From: Octopus sinensis
Taxonomy: Eukaryota
DNA length: 64,000 nt
Direction of reading: 5' to 3'
Assembly (NCBI RefSeq): GCF_006345805.1
Contig: NC_043011.1
Location: 20,534,464-20,598,463, forward strand
The notes under the pieces were generated by a model. That model searched no databases. It was given only the letters and a program-made list of their open reading frames with translations, and was not told the origin of the DNA. Shown piece after piece: positions 12,171 to 26,371 of this stretch. Position 1 is the stretch's first letter, and each line of letters starts with the position of its first letter. The position numbers and the translations under genes are program-made.

Positions 12171-12605
12171 ATAGACCCAAGTCTATAGTAAAAAAAAAAA
12201 TCACTTGCTGATGATGGTGCATTGAGGGACTAAATCCAGACCCACATATTTGCAAAATGAGCCTTTTAACCACTGTCATGGTGGTATCATGAATTACCTC
12301 ATAGCTTCAAGATTTTGGTGATACGATTGTTTATTTTTAAAATGGCATGGTAAGGTAGGTGTGAGAAACTAGATCTGGATAGTTTGAACATGAAAACAAG
12401 TAGAATATTTGGGTCTCATATGGCTGGTTTAAATGCTAAGGGGTAAATGTATATGTATGGATATATTTCTCTTGGCTTGGCTTTATCAGCCTATAGTGTG
12501 TGTGGCAGGGAGCTGTGTATTTTCTATGTATGTATCTATGTATATATGTATGACTGTGATTATAAATACAAAAACAGGAAATGTGCTGGTAAATACAAGA
12601 TACAT

Positions 12606-12990
12606 GTTGATAAAAGTATGATGTATATGGATAAGTACATGATATATATTGAAGAATACAGAGTGTATATTGATAAATATAGGATATATATTGATAACTA
12701 TACAGTATATATGTATATGTTGAAAAATGTAGAATGTACATTGATAAAACATATACAATGCATGTTGATAAATTTAGGATGCATAAAGATCAATACAGAC
12801 TATATTGATAAATACACGATAAATATTGATTAGTACAGGATAAATACAGGGTAAATATTGATTAATATAGGCTAAATATTTGTTTAGGCTGAATATTGAT
12901 TAATTCAAGCTGCATATTGATTAATTCTGATTATGTATTGAGTATTTTTTTAGAGAATTAAATGATTGATAAAATTGTTATTGATTAGCA
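12606..12990. repeat. degenerate 21-bp minisatellite
   Basis: Consecutive units ttgataaaagtatgatgtata / tggataagtacatgatatata / ttgaagaatacagagtgtata / ttgataaatataggatatata. Confidence 0.75.
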
Positions 12991-14336
12991 GAGTGCATAT
13001 TCAATACATCTGTGATAATTTTTGGAATAAAAATCAAATTTAAAGGAAAGGAAATAACGTCTTGCCATTTCAGCTTTCATTGGAATTTTACAATAGGCAC
13101 TTGCTGTCATAGATCTGTTATGTGGTCAGTTAAATCTCTCTCAAATGTAACTATACCACCTGGTTTTGTTTTGTTTTTTCTTTTACTATGTAATAGGGTA
13201 GGGAGGATGCATGGCTTAGTGATTAGAGTGTTGCACTCATGATCACAAGATCATGGTTTCAATTTCCAGACCAGGCAGTGCATGGTGTTCCTGAGCAAAA
13301 CACTTTACGATCACTTCAACATCTGATGTGTTCCACATTGTGCACCAGTAATGGTAATGTCAGTTTTTGAGGGAGAACATGATTTAATATAAAGCACAAG
13401 CATCCGATCACTATAAACAAATCCTCTGTGTAGGTTCTTTCATAGAAAATTCCAGAATGCTCATCTGTCATCTATTACAGGACAGTCCACAAGAGTTCAT
13501 CAGTAAAGGAGGAAAGGGCAGCAACCATGACCCTTTATTTTCCCAAGGTTTCTGAGACTGGTAGGAGGAAGTTATCATAAACTTCGGGGCAGGAACAAGG
13601 GCTTGCAATAGAATGAAACCTGCTAAATAAATCAGGCAATGGAGTTCAGCCTAAAATCATCATCATCATCCCAACAAAACAGAACACACAGACACAGAGT
13701 AAGTATTGCAAAGTATCCTTATCTGACATTGATAATTCACACCATAGCAAACTAGCAGATTCATTAGCATACTGGGTAAAATGCTAAGAGACAATTCATC
13801 CATTTTTGTGTTCTGAGTTCAATTCCACCAAAGGTGACTTTGCCTGTTATCCTTTCAGAGTCTATAAAGTAAGTACCAGTTGATTACTGTGGAGGCATGT
13901 GGATTAGTGGTTGGGGTGTTAGACTCACAATCGTAAGATTGTGGTTTCAATCCCTAGACCAGGTGGTCCATTGTGTTCTAGATCAAAGCACTTAATTTCA
14001 CATTGCTCCAGTCCACTCAGCTGTAGAAATTAGTTTAACCTGGAGAGGGATGGGTACCACCAAGCTTTCTTGCCCTAGATACACAGCATGGCTGCAGCAC
14101 CCCAACGACTCCTAAGGGGTTAAAGGACTTGTCATTGATTATTAGGGCTGATGTGATCAATCAACTCCCTACCACGAAATTACTGGCCTTGTGCCAAAAT
14201 TCGAAAGCAATAATTTACACCACTTAACTCAGTGGAATTCAGATTTGAACTCAGACAGCTGGGATAAATACTACATGATATTTTGAGTTACACTCTGACA
14301 GCTCTGTTAATTTTGGAGCAACATATTACATATTAC

Positions 14337-14575
14337 ATATTTATTTCCTTATTGCCCACAGGGGGCTAAACATAGAGGGGACAAACAAGGACAGACAAAG
14401 GGATTAAGTCGATTACATCGACCCCAGTGTGTAACTGGTACTTTATTTATAGACCCCGGAAGGATGAAAGGCAAAGTTGACCTCGGCGGAATTTGAACTC
14501 AGAACGTAAAGACAGATGAAATATTGCTAAGCATTTTGCCCGGTGCACTAAAGTTTCTGCCAGCTCGCCACCTTA
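14337..14575 (-). mobile_element. SINE family B copy
   Basis: Reverse complement of ...ctgccagctcgcc...ttctgagttcaaattccgccgaggtcaactttgcctttcatcc...ggggtcgat...ttgtccccctctatgtttagcccc. More than 10 copies occur in the window. Confidence 0.85.
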
Positions 14576-14779
14576 AACATATTACATATTGTATTACAAC
14601 ATAGCTTTAAAAAGATGGGATGGTCATGGGAGGGTGGTGCATTGGGTTGTAATTTTTGTCTGTCAGAATTGACTCAAAGCTAAACAGCAACAGCAACAAC
14701 AACAATACAATGTGACACCCAATGAATTGCTGGACTTAGTCTAAGACACACTATGTCTGCAAATATCCATAACACCAAC

Positions 14780-15305
14780 ATTAAGGAATTTGTTAGTGAA
14801 CATGACTTAGGTATTATTGTCAACAATGGGCTGTGTTGGACAAACAACATTTACAAAATTGTCAAAAAAAGGCCAAAGATATCTTAACATCCCTCAGTAA
14901 GAACTTTGTCAGCAACTCACCAGCAATCTATTTAAAGCTATGTATGGCTATGGTATGCCCACTCTGAGAGTTAACAGCTCTAGTCTGAAAATCCCATCTT
15001 GACCAGAATATTGATCTGCTGGAAGTTGTTGAGAGGTGTGCAACTAGACGAATCCAGTCTGTCGGTCACTTCCAATATATTGAATGTATTGATTCTTTGG
15101 AGATTCACACACTAAAATTTTGATGTCAAGCAGCTGACTTGGTAGAAGCCCACAACATTATTGACTGTCTGCTCCACAACATTTTTCACCATCATTTTCA
15201 ACTCAACACCTCTACCACTTTTGGACACACTTACCAAATAAAAAAAAAAAAACAGTGCATCACTCAATTTTTGGAAAAATTTTTTCATACTTGGAATTAT
15301 CATAT
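14780..15305 (+). mobile_element. highly degraded CR1-like LINE ORF2 3' region
   Basis: Frameshifted remnants resembling DLGIIV...VRPxLEY...W.P...DIDLLEVVxRRATR...DLVEAHNII. Confidence 0.55.
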
Positions 15306-15462
15306 AGAGGGTAGTCAAAAATGGAAGGGGGCTCTTCCTAATTTAATTAGTAGTGAGATGATTATGATGGAGGAGAATAAAGAATTATTGAATATTGAGA
15401 ATATAGAGATTAAAGATATATATATAAAGATTGATCTTCTGATAATTCCAAGTATAAAAAAA

Positions 15463-15692
15463 TGTTGTTTAGTGAGTGGGATTGACTCAGTGCACAGCCT
15501 TTTCTCACTTTAAACCATTGGGAGTGAAGGACTCCTAACCTTTGTTAGGGCATCCTTCTAGGAGAAGGTAACTCAGGTAACTGGGATAACTCCGACATAA
15601 AACCTGCGGCTCAGTGGTTACCGATGATGTTGACTTGTTCTTCTTTTCGGATTATGGCTGCCTTTCCTCACTTTAAAAAAAATCTTCTTGTG
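15463..15692 (+). repeat. rearranged copy of the 7268-7810 repeat
   Basis: The 3' segment precedes the 5' segment, joined at ttaaa (about 15510-15514). Confidence 0.7.
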
Positions 15693-15695
15693 CTT

Positions 15696-15905
15696 GGATA
15701 AGCAAACTGCATCATTTGTTAGCTGTCAGGACTGAGAGTCCTTCAAAAATCCATGCTTCCTAAATTTGTTGGTTTCTGTAACAGGTATTTTTACAGAAAC
15801 CAATAACAATTCATTTAAAACTAATTTATGTCAGGAGTAGTATTGGTGAATTTAGGAAGCATGGATTTTTGAAGGACTCTCACAACTGATGCAGGTTGCT
15901 TGTCC
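15696..15905. repeat. fold-back element with a perfect 34-bp inverted repeat
   Basis: 15733-15766 is the exact reverse complement of 15849-15882. Outer 24-bp arms carry 3 mismatches. Confidence 0.85.
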
Positions 15906-15914
15906 CATGTTTTG

Positions 15915-16260
15915 AAGTGGTTTGACAGAGTGCCAAACACCAGCCTGTGGGAAAGGGCCAACCAGGAGCCCATACATGTTCAGATTAGACAAAAGAAATG
16001 GAGATGGATTGGGGACACACCGCAGAAAGAACCCTCAAATGTGACATGACAAGCACTTGACTGGAACCCACAGGGGAAAAGGAAGCGAGGATGCCCAAAG
16101 CAGACATGGAAGCGGAGCATTTTGGACGAGCTCAGGACCACTGACCTGACATGGGAAGCAGCCAAGAAACACCAAGAAACACACCAATGACTGCAAGAAG
16201 TGGAAAACAACTGTTGAGGCTCTGGGCTCCACAAGGGGAAAAAGGGATTAAGAAGAAGAC
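15915..16260 (+). mobile_element. RTE-clade LINE 3' end remnant
   Basis: Frameshifted reading NTSLWERANQEPIHVQIRQKKWRWIG...ALDWNPQGKRKRGCPKQTWKRS, ending in an (AAG)-like tail. Confidence 0.85.
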
Positions 16261-16729
16261 TCCTGAGATGCCTTTACACACTTTCCTCTTTATAGCTCTT
16301 TTACTGGTTATTTTTGTGACTTTTTGTATCTTCTTCTCTGAACTGTGCATGTATTTCTACCTTGCACTTCTATTTACCTTCACTTGATTGTACAGTGGTT
16401 TTCTGTCCCCCTTTTCAACCTTTTTTATTACATTGTAATGCACCTAAACACTAAATACAACAAGCCCATTATTATTATTATTATCATTATTATTATTATT
16501 ATCATCATTATTATTATGACAGCAGTGAGCTGGCAGAATCATTAGCATGCTAGATAAAATGCTTAACAGTATTTCGTCCATCGCTACGTTCTGAGTTCAA
16601 ATTCCACTGAGGTTGACTTTGCCTTTCATCCCTTCAGGGTCAATAAATTAAGTACTAGTGAAACACTGGGGTCAATGTAATCAACTTATCCCCTTTCCCC
16701 AAAATGGCTGCCCTTGCGATAAAATTTGA

Positions 16730-16755
16730 AACCATTATCATTATTATTATTATTA

Positions 16756-16786
<31 letters not shown>

Positions 16787-16955
16787 GTCATCATTATTAT
16801 TTGTGGTGGTGGTGGTGGTGGTGGTGGTGGTGGTGGTGGTGGTGGGGTGGTGGTGGTGGTGGTGGTGGTGGTGGTGGTTTTGGTGATGGTAGTGATGGTG
16901 GTAGTGGTGGTGGCGGTGGTGGGTGGTGGTGGTGGTGGTGTGGTGGTGGTGGTGG
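16730..16955. repeat. (ATT)n followed by (GGT)n microsatellite
   Basis: Direct reading. Confidence 0.9.
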
Positions 16956-17240
16956 TATCTCAATCAATAATACCTAGGTGTATTTATGCATATAAACACA
17001 CATATATATATACACTTGCATATATAAGTGTGTATGTGTAAAGAACACGCACATATATGCATACAAACATACAAAAATATTTTTTTATATGTGTACGTGA
17101 GTGTATATAAATGTCAATTTTTGTCAAGCAAATGAACATGAGAGAACTCAATACATGTTCTAAAATATATATCTGAAATTTTTCTTACAAAAAATCAGAG
17201 GTTTTGCATTTCATATGAATATATGTATGTATGCCCGATC

Positions 17241-17540
17241 GTGCGGTTAAACCATTGGGAGTGAAGGACTCCTAGCCTTTGTTAGGGCATCCTTCTAGGA
17301 GAAGGTAACTCAGGTAACTGGGATAACTCCGACATAAAACCTGCAGCTCAGTGGTTACCGATGATGTTGACTTGTTCTTCTTTTCGGATTATGGCTGCTG
17401 TTGTTTAGTGAGTGGAATTGACTCAGTGCACAGCCATTCCTCACTTTAAAAAAAAATCTTCTTGCACAGGCATTGCACGATAACAACATTGATTAAGCTT
17501 CGTGCAATGGCCATACTCGATAATGAGGGGGCAGTCACCA
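17241..17540 (+). repeat. third copy of the 7268-7810 repeat
   Basis: Near-identical by eye to 7525-7810. Confidence 0.75.
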
Positions 17541-17585
17541 TATAAGTATATACATACATATGCATGCATGTAGGTATGCATGTAC

Positions 17586-17616
<31 letters not shown>

Positions 17617-18417
17617 TGTATGTATGTATGTATGTATGTATGCATGTATGTATGTATGTATGTATGTATGTATGCATGCATGTATGTATGTATGCATGTA
17701 TGTATGTATGCATGTATGTATGTATGCATGTATGTATGCATATATGTATGTACAACCGTATGCATACATAAATGTACATATGTATATATGTATGTTGCTA
17801 GACATAGGCCCCAAATTTTCCATTTTGATAATTGAAATTTTTCATTATTCTTTCTCTTTACTCTTCAGTCATTTGACTGTGGCCATGCTGGAGCACCACC
17901 TTTAGTCAAGCAAATCGATCACCGGACTTATTCTTTGGAAGCCTAGTACTTATTCTATCAGTCTCTTACTTATTGGCTATTTTTTCCTGGTCTCTTTCAT
18001 CTATACAATGGGCTTCTTTCAGTTTCCATCTACCAAATCCACTCACAAGGCTTTCGTCAGGCTGAGGCTATAGTAGAAGACACTTGCCTAAGGTGCCATG
18101 CAGTGGGAACGAACCCAGAACCATTACTTACCACACAAACCTTTCAAGAAGAATCCAAGGTTTTGTGTCTTTGAGTTCCTATACTACATATTTGTTTATA
18201 TATTTTGGGAGTATTTTTATGACATCTAAATTGAACCATTTTCTAAATTTCATGGATGCAACGATCTTGTGGGAATCAACATTCCATTAGAATGCTTAGC
18301 AAAGATTGTCAGCATCATTTTGAGGCAATTTATCCAAAATTTTGTGAGCATATTTATTTTAGGTATTAATAAAGTCTGGCATAGTCATGTACTAGCATGA
18401 GTATATATGTGTGTGCA

Positions 18418-18453
<36 letters not shown>

Positions 18454-18710
18454 AGCATGCATGCATGCATGCGTGTATATGTTTATATATATATAATGTA
18501 CTGATCCATGATAGAAGATTCAACAAAAAAGTACTCCATCTGGTGAGAGATAAATATAAATAGATAGATACATACATACATACATACATACATACAGATA
18601 TCAAATCATCATCATCATTCTATTGATATATATGTATGCATGCATATATATATGTGTGTGTGGTGTGTTGTATATATATATATGATATCTATATATATAT
18701 CTATATATAC

Positions 18711-18741
<31 letters not shown>

Positions 18742-18803
18742 CATTATATATATATATATATTATATATATATATATATACATATGTTTGCATGTATGCAT
18801 ATA

Positions 18804-18834
<31 letters not shown>

Positions 18835-18857
18835 TATGCATACACACACATGCATAC

Positions 18858-18894
<37 letters not shown>

Positions 18895-20348
18895 AAGCGT
18901 GAGTAAGAGAGCGAGATACATATACACACATATTTATATGGGCATTTATATATTTATATGAACGTATAGTCAAAGACACGCACATCATCTGCACATGTAT
19001 ACACTATAATAAATCCAGACAAAAAGAGAAAGACAGAGAGAGAGAGAAAGAGAGAGAGAGACAGAGAGAGAGACAGAGAGAGACATGCTCGGTTCTGTCT
19101 TAGTAGCAGCATTTAACAATGTCTTCTCACTGTAGCAACAACAGAAATATCACGTGAGCACCAAATTGGCAGTGAACGTGTGTGTGTGTTTGTGTCTGTG
19201 AGGTGATGGGGGAAGTCTTTGATATGTTGATTATGATGCACTGATGCAGCAGTTTAGCTATATTGCCGGCAAGGGTAGGTAAATAGAATAGACAGGCAGC
19301 CAGTGGGATTGGCAGACACAGAGATAGATATACCGGACAGAGGCAGATGGACAGATAGGCAAATATATATATATATGAATACATATATATATATACACAC
19401 ACACTCACACATGCACACACACATATATGTATGCATAAATATTTATGCATGTATCTATCTATCTATCTGTCTATCTGTCTATCTATCTATCTATCTATAT
19501 ATTTATATATATATATATCATCATCATCATCATCATCATTTAGTGTCCATTTTCCATGCTACATGGGTTATATATATATATATATATATAAATACACATA
19601 CACATATACATATAAATATATATAATATATATATATAATTATATTATATATATAGACATATATATATACATACACACACATATAATTACATTGTGGGTGT
19701 GTGTATGTGTGAGCATTCCAACCCATGCCACCATGGAAAACAGACGTTAAACGATGATGATGATATATACATACATTATAATATATTCATACATACATAC
19801 GTATATATATATATGTCTGTCTGTCTGTCTCTCTGTCTGTATATGTGTATATATATATATATATAATATATATATATTACACACACTAATATATTATATA
19901 TATATATATATATACACATGCATATATATGTATGTTATAATATATATATATATTATATATATATATATATACATATACACCATAATATACATATAGTAAG
20001 TGACAAACAGACAGACAGAACGGACAGTCAGCTAGACAGATAAATTACCGTTATTATTATTTACTCCTAAGCACCAGAACAACAGGAACTACCACCACCA
20101 CCACCAACACAACAACAACAACAACAACAACAGCAACAATCACTGCTAAATTAATGCACGGGGGGTATTTGCACTATAAAAGCAAACAGTGATGTAGCAG
20201 ACAATTGATTTATTATTATTATGTATATATGTGTGTTGTGTATATATATATATATATATATGATATATATTATATATGTATGTATATATTTATATTATAT
20301 ATATTATTATATATATATGTATATATATATGATATATATATATGTATA

Positions 20349-20385
<37 letters not shown>

Positions 20386-20899
20386 ATATATATATATATA
20401 TAATAATATATATATATATATATATATATTAATATATTCTATTATGGATATATATATAGTATAAATCATAAGAATGAATGTAATGTATATATAATTATAT
20501 TATACTATATTATATATACACATATATACAAGTAGACCATTTTCTTCAGTCACACCACTTCTGCATCATCATGACTACTGCAGCCCCGCACTATCACTCA
20601 CTCTACATCTATTTACTCCACTGCAATCACCAATTCTACTGCTACTAACCACATCACCATCATCACCATGCTCTTATTCTTAAAGCTGCTGTCTCCGCTA
20701 ATAATAATCATAACTGTTAAGCGAGCCTCTCCTTGTTTGTTTATTCGATTGGCTGGAAATAACAGCCAAATCTTGCTGAAATTATACTTTACTGTCTTGA
20801 AAATATTTCTGTTGAATAACCTGGACTCACATTCTTTGCATGTAGGAAGAAGACAGGATGGTCGTGGCTGGAAAAGTTTTGATTATAAGACAGCTTGAT

Positions 20900-22310
20900 T
20901 TGAGCTGACCTGGGGCTAAATGAGGCATAACAGTCACCATTGCCCTCACTGTTATTACAATCATTTGTAAGGTTGTCATGATCATTGATATCACCACTAC
21001 AGATACTACTGTGCTCACCAATGCTACATCTGTCAACTACATCATTACTAATAGCATCACTGCTACCACTACCACTCCACTAGCATTGCTACTACCACCA
21101 ATACCACCACTACGAACGCCACTACCACTATCAATGCATATAACAGCAACAACAAATAACACTACCACCAACACCACTGCTACCAATACTACTACCACTA
21201 CCAATGCATACAGCAATAGCAATAACAAATAACACTATCACCAACACTATTACTACTACCACCAACAATACCACAACCAATACAAACAAACAACAATAAC
21301 ACTACCGCTAACACCATCACTACAAACAAGAGTACCACTGCTACCAATGCTACAACCACTACCAACAACAATACCACTATTAATAACACCTCCCCTACCA
21401 ACAGAACCACCACTACCATCATCACCACCAACACTATTAGCAACACCAACAACATTGGAGGCGCAATGGCCCAGTGGTTAGGGCAGCGGACTCGCGGTCG
21501 GAGGATATGGTTTCGATTCCCAGACTGGGCGTTGTGTGTGTTTATTGAGCGAAAAAACACCTAAAGCTCCATGAGGCTCTGGCAGGGGGTGGTGGCGACC
21601 CCTGTTGTACTCTTTTGCCCTAACTTTCTCTCACTCTTTCTTCCTGTTTCTTGTCCCCGACTTCCTACGCAACCGCTGAGCCTGGATGCACATTCATCCA
21701 TCCGTCGATGCTCTCGGTGTCGGGGGTTGACCTGCTTTCTCTTCTGCAGGTCTTACGAATAGCAAAGGACCACGTTTCGGACTTCTCCCACTGGGATGAA
21801 GACTGCTTCGCTCAACAAACAAACAAACAAAGACCAACAACACCACAAGTACCAATGCAAACCAATGACATCATCACTACCAACATCACCCCTACTATCA
21901 CCTACGCCACCACTACCAACACTATCATCACAATTGCCACTAATAACACTACTGCCACTATTAACAACAATACAACCATTAGCAACACCACCGTCAACAC
22001 AACAGTTAGCAACAGTGATAATGCGACTGTCATCAGAAATACCACATTAACCATTGTGGTAACCTCTATTTAGAAATAGCAGCTAAATCTCCTTTGTCTC
22101 ACACCCTAACATATTTAAAAATAAAATAGCAGAAGGATGGTCATGGCTGGAGTGGATTTGATCATAAAGTTTGCTCCATGAGGATTCGCATGGAGCTAAA
22201 CTACAACAACAACATATCACCACCCCACCAGTATCAGCACCACAACCATCATGACCTCAACCACCACCATCACCAGTACCACCACCACCACCACCACCAT
22301 CATCACTATC
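20900..22310. repeat. degenerate (ACC/ACT/AAC)n low-complexity region, interrupted by a SINE
   Basis: Direct reading. Source of the poly-T and poly-V ORFs in the track. Confidence 0.8.
21457..21800 (+). mobile_element. SINE family C (tRNA-derived)
   Basis: Head GGAGGCGCAATGGCCCAGTGGTTAGGGCAGCGG...GGTTTCGATTCCC with A- and B-box-like motifs. Related copies lie near 1395, 13210, 13890, 24450, 35240, 52930 (-), 55625 and 61675. Confidence 0.85.
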
Positions 22311-22317
22311 ATGAAGC

Positions 22318-22529
22318 TTTTACTCTTTTACTTGTTTCAGTCATTTGACTGTGGCCATGCTGGAGCACCACCTTTAGTTGAGCAAATCGACCCCAGGACT
22401 TATTCTTTGTAAGCCTAGTACTTATTCTATCGGTCTCTTTTGCCAAACCGCTAAGTTACAGGGACGTAAACACACCAGCATCGGTTGTCAAGCGATGTTG
22501 GGGAGACAAACACAAACACACAAACATAT

Positions 22530-22579
<50 letters not shown>

Positions 22580-22730
22580 CACATATATATGACAGGCTCC
22601 TTTCAGTTTCCGTCTACCAAATCCTCTCACAAGGCTTTGGTCAGCCCGAGGCTATAGTAGAAGACACTTGCCCAAGGTGCCATGCAGTGGGACTGAACCA
22701 GGAACCATGTGGCTGGTAAGCAAGCTACTT
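22318..22730 (-). mobile_element. SINE family A copy
   Basis: Same consensus as 9654-10060. Confidence 0.88.
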
Positions 22731-22959
22731 CCTCAACCCTAACGTCTTAAAAAAGAAAACGGTGGGGTACAATTAAATAACGTAGTCCTAGTACACTCTT
22801 CCTGAAAAACTATAGATTGGGTGGTTATAATTTGAAGTCCTTTTATAAGAGGTCTTCTGGATGGAAGCTGGTTAGGGGTAGAGTAACAACAACAAGAATA
22901 ATAGGCACAGCAGTTGGAGGACACGATCAATAATATGACAAATATTGATTTCGAATTTT

Positions 22960-23920
22960 GGCACAAAGCCAGTAATTTCTGGATATAGACTAAGCCAATT
23001 ACATCGACCCCACAACTCAACTGGTTCTTATTTTATTGACCCCCAAAAAGATGAAAGGCAAAGTTGACCTCAGTAAAATTTGAACTCAGAATGTGAAGAT
23101 GGATTAAATGCTGCAAAACATTTTGCCTAACCAATAGACTGCTTGAGAAGTGATGGTAATATCACTAATATTGATTTCAAATTTTGGCACAAGGTCAGCA
23201 ATTTCGGGGAGAAGGGGCTAAGTCAATTACCTCAACCCAAGTGTTCAACTGGGTCGATTCAATTTTATCGACTCTGAAAGGATGAAAAGCAAAGTCGACC
23301 TCAATGGAATTTGAACTCAGAAAGTAAAAGATGGACAAAATGCTACTAAACATTTTATCTGGCATGCTAATGATTCTGCAAGCTTGCCACCTTAAAATGA
23401 TAGTTGTGTCCCAAACAAGAAACCAAACACTTGACACCATAGTGAGAGCACAGAATTATAACCAACAGACTACTTGAGAAGTGACAGTAATATCACTAAT
23501 ATTCCTATTTCTTTATTACCCACGAGGGGCTAAATGCAGAGAGAACAAACAAGGACAGACAAACGGATTAAGTCGATTATATCGACCTCAGTACGTAACT
23601 GGTACTTATTTAATCGATCCCAAAAGGAAGAAAGGTAAAGTCGACCTCGGCGTAGTTTGAACTCAGAACGTAGTGGCAGACGAAATACCTATTTCTTTAC
23701 TACCCACAAGGGGCTAAACACAGAGGGGACAAACAAGGACAGACACACGAATTAAGTCAATTCCATCGACCCCAGTGCATAACTGGTACTTATTTAATCG
23801 ACCCCGAAAGGATGAAAGGCAAAGTCAACCTTGGTGGAATTTAAACTCTGTAACTGCAGACGAAATACCGCTTAGCATTTTGCCTGGCATGCTAACGTTT
23901 CTGCCAGCTCGCCACCTTAT
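22960..23920 (-). mobile_element. cluster of SINE family B copies, partly head-to-tail
   Basis: Repeated ggatgaaaggcaaagtcgacctc...gaatttgaactcagaa cores. Confidence 0.8.
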
Positions 23921-25469
23921 CACTAATATTACCATCCATATAACTACCATTGTACACGCAATGAACTGGCAGGGCCATTGAAGTATTAGAATGCCTTGTG
24001 ATATTTGTTTGATTTCTCTGCATTCTGAGTTCAAATCCCAATCCCAATAAAGTCTTTTATCCTTTGCCTTTCGTCCTTTCAAAATCAATAAATAGCTGCA
24101 GGCATGGCTGTGTGTTAAGAAGTCTGCTACCCAACGACATGGTTCTGAGTTCAGTCCACAGTGTGGCACTTTGGGCAAGTGTCTTCTACTATAGCCTCGG
24201 GCCAACCAAGGCCTTGTGAGTGGATTTGGTAGACAGGAACTGAAAGTAGCCCATCATATAAATATGTCTGTATGTATGTCTTTGTGTCTGTGTTTGTCCC
24301 CCACCATCACTTGACAACTGGTGTTTGTATGTTTACATCCCTGTAACTTAGCAGTTTGGCAAAAGAGATTGATCGAATAAGTAACAGGCTTTACGAAATA
24401 ATTAATGATAAGTATTGGGGTTGATTCATTCAGCTATAACTATTCAAGGGTGGAGGCGCGTGCTTTAGTGGTTAGGGTGTCAGTATCATGATCGTAAGAT
24501 TGTGGTTTTGATTCCTGGACCAGGCGACATGTTGTATTCTTGAGCAAAACACTTCATTTCACGTTGCTCCAGTCCACTCAGCTGGCAAAAATGAGTGCAC
24601 CTGAGCACCACAACTTGTTAAAAGTGCGTATAAAGTATATGCAGTAATGTACAAATGGGGAACACATACGCCATAGAAACCAGGAAACCGGGCCGATGAG
24701 CCTGGCTAGGCTTTAAAAGGGCCAAAAAATAAAAAATAAAAATTTTAAAAATAAAATAATTATTCAAGCCTGTGCCCCAGCAAGGCTACAGTCTAATGAC
24801 TGAAACAAGTAAAAGATAAAAGAAATAAGGTACATGTCTAATACTAGAGTCCAATCTTCTCCCCACCCATGGTCTCTTTATGTGTCTATATATCTATCTA
24901 TCTATCCATCTAACTATCAATCAATGAACTTCTACATAATGTGGAAATCAAAGGGAAATATAGTACTTATTTTATAGCTAGTTATATCTATCTCAGTATT
25001 TGCCTAGTAGTTTGTTCCTCAGTACCTCAGTACTTGACTAGTAGTCATTTTATTAACTCCTATTTCACTACCCGATGGATGTAAAGTAGAATCGATACCT
25101 TTAAGATTTGAACACAGAATGTAAAGGATCAAAACTGAATACTTACAACAAGCATTTTGTCTAAAGTCTCAACCAATTCTACCATTCATTGCCCTTGATC
25201 TTTAGCTTCACAAGAGAGTATCAAACCTCAACCTCTAATATGATTTGAAGAATTTTATCATAGGCTCAAGTCATCAAATTTATGGTAACACCAGTATTTG
25301 ACTAAGACCTGGCAGGACAAGTGAGGCCATAACCCATGGCCTCTACCTGGGATGTAGCCAGCCCACTTATGCATACCTTTCCTTCTTGGGACACAAAACT
25401 CTACTTGCGAAGACCTGTTGAGGCAAGTGAAATTGGAATCGAAATCGCTCAAAAATCAATGGAAATTGT

Positions 25470-25790
25470 AGTTGTGATACCAGTGCCGGTGGCGTGTAAA
25501 AGAACCATCCGAACGTGGTCGTTGCCAGCACCACCCCAACTGGCCTCAGTGCCGGTGGCACGTAAAAAGCACCAACCGATCGTGGACATTGCCAGCCTTG
25601 CCTGGCACCATGCTGGTGGTACGTAAGAAGCACTCACTACACTCATGGAGTGGTTGGCGTTAGGAAGGGCATCCAGCTGTAGAAACACTGCCTGATCAGA
25701 CTGGGCTTGGTGCAGCCTCCTGGCTTGCCTGACCCCAGTCGAACCATCCAACCCATGCTTGCATGGAAAGCGGACGTTAAACGATGATGA
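25470..25790 (-). mobile_element. repeat family D (SINE-like or LINE-tail, ending ...ggacgttaaacgatgatgat)
   Basis: Shared core ccttcctaacgccaaccactcc...gtgccaccggcac. Also at 2770-2930, 41228-41478, 45110-45510, 46290-46510, 46790-46990, 52635-52770 and 57470-57630. Confidence 0.7.
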
Positions 25791-25904
25791 TGTTGAAAGC
25801 CAAAGTAAACTTGGAACATAAATGGTTATTACAAAATATCACAAAGTATTTTGTTTGATGCTCTACCCACCTTCTTTGAACTAAATAAGCCTTTCTATTA
25901 TAGA

Positions 25905-26325
25905 CTCAATGCCTGAAGGGGCTAATTGGTTATATCAACCCAAGTGCTCAACTGGTGGTGCTTATTTTATCGACCCCTAAAAGGATGAAAAGCAATGCCA
26001 ACCTCGGTGGAATTTGAACTCGGAATATGAAAAGAAACAAAATACTGCTAAACATTTCATCTGGCATGATAACGATTCTGCCAGCTTGGTGCCTTCTCTT
26101 TGAACTAAATAATGGTTTTAAATTTTGACACAAGACCAGCAAGTTCAGGGGAAAGTTAGATCGATTACATTGATCCCAGTGTTCAACTGGTACTTATTTT
26201 ATCGACCCCAGGAAGAGTGAAAGGCAAAATCGACCTTGGTGGAATTTGAACCCAGAACATGAAGACAGACAGAGTGCTTATTGGCATTTCGTCCAGCATG
26301 CTGATAATTCTGCCAGCTTGCTGTT
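25905..26325 (-). mobile_element. two SINE family B copies just downstream of the exon D donor
   Basis: Two consecutive B cores. Confidence 0.8.
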
Positions 26326-26371
26326 TTTGAACAAAATAAGAAAAAATAAAAAGGGCTGTAATATATCTTAC

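Noticed and set aside
21457-21530. tRNA gene-like sequence
   Set aside because: It continues into a SINE body repeated many times in the window, so it is a SINE head rather than a tRNA gene.
23505-23920. Recurring conserved blocks resembling a CRISPR-like repeat-spacer array
   Set aside because: These are head-to-tail SINE B copies with related intervening sequence. There are no unique spacers or cas genes, and the context is eukaryotic.
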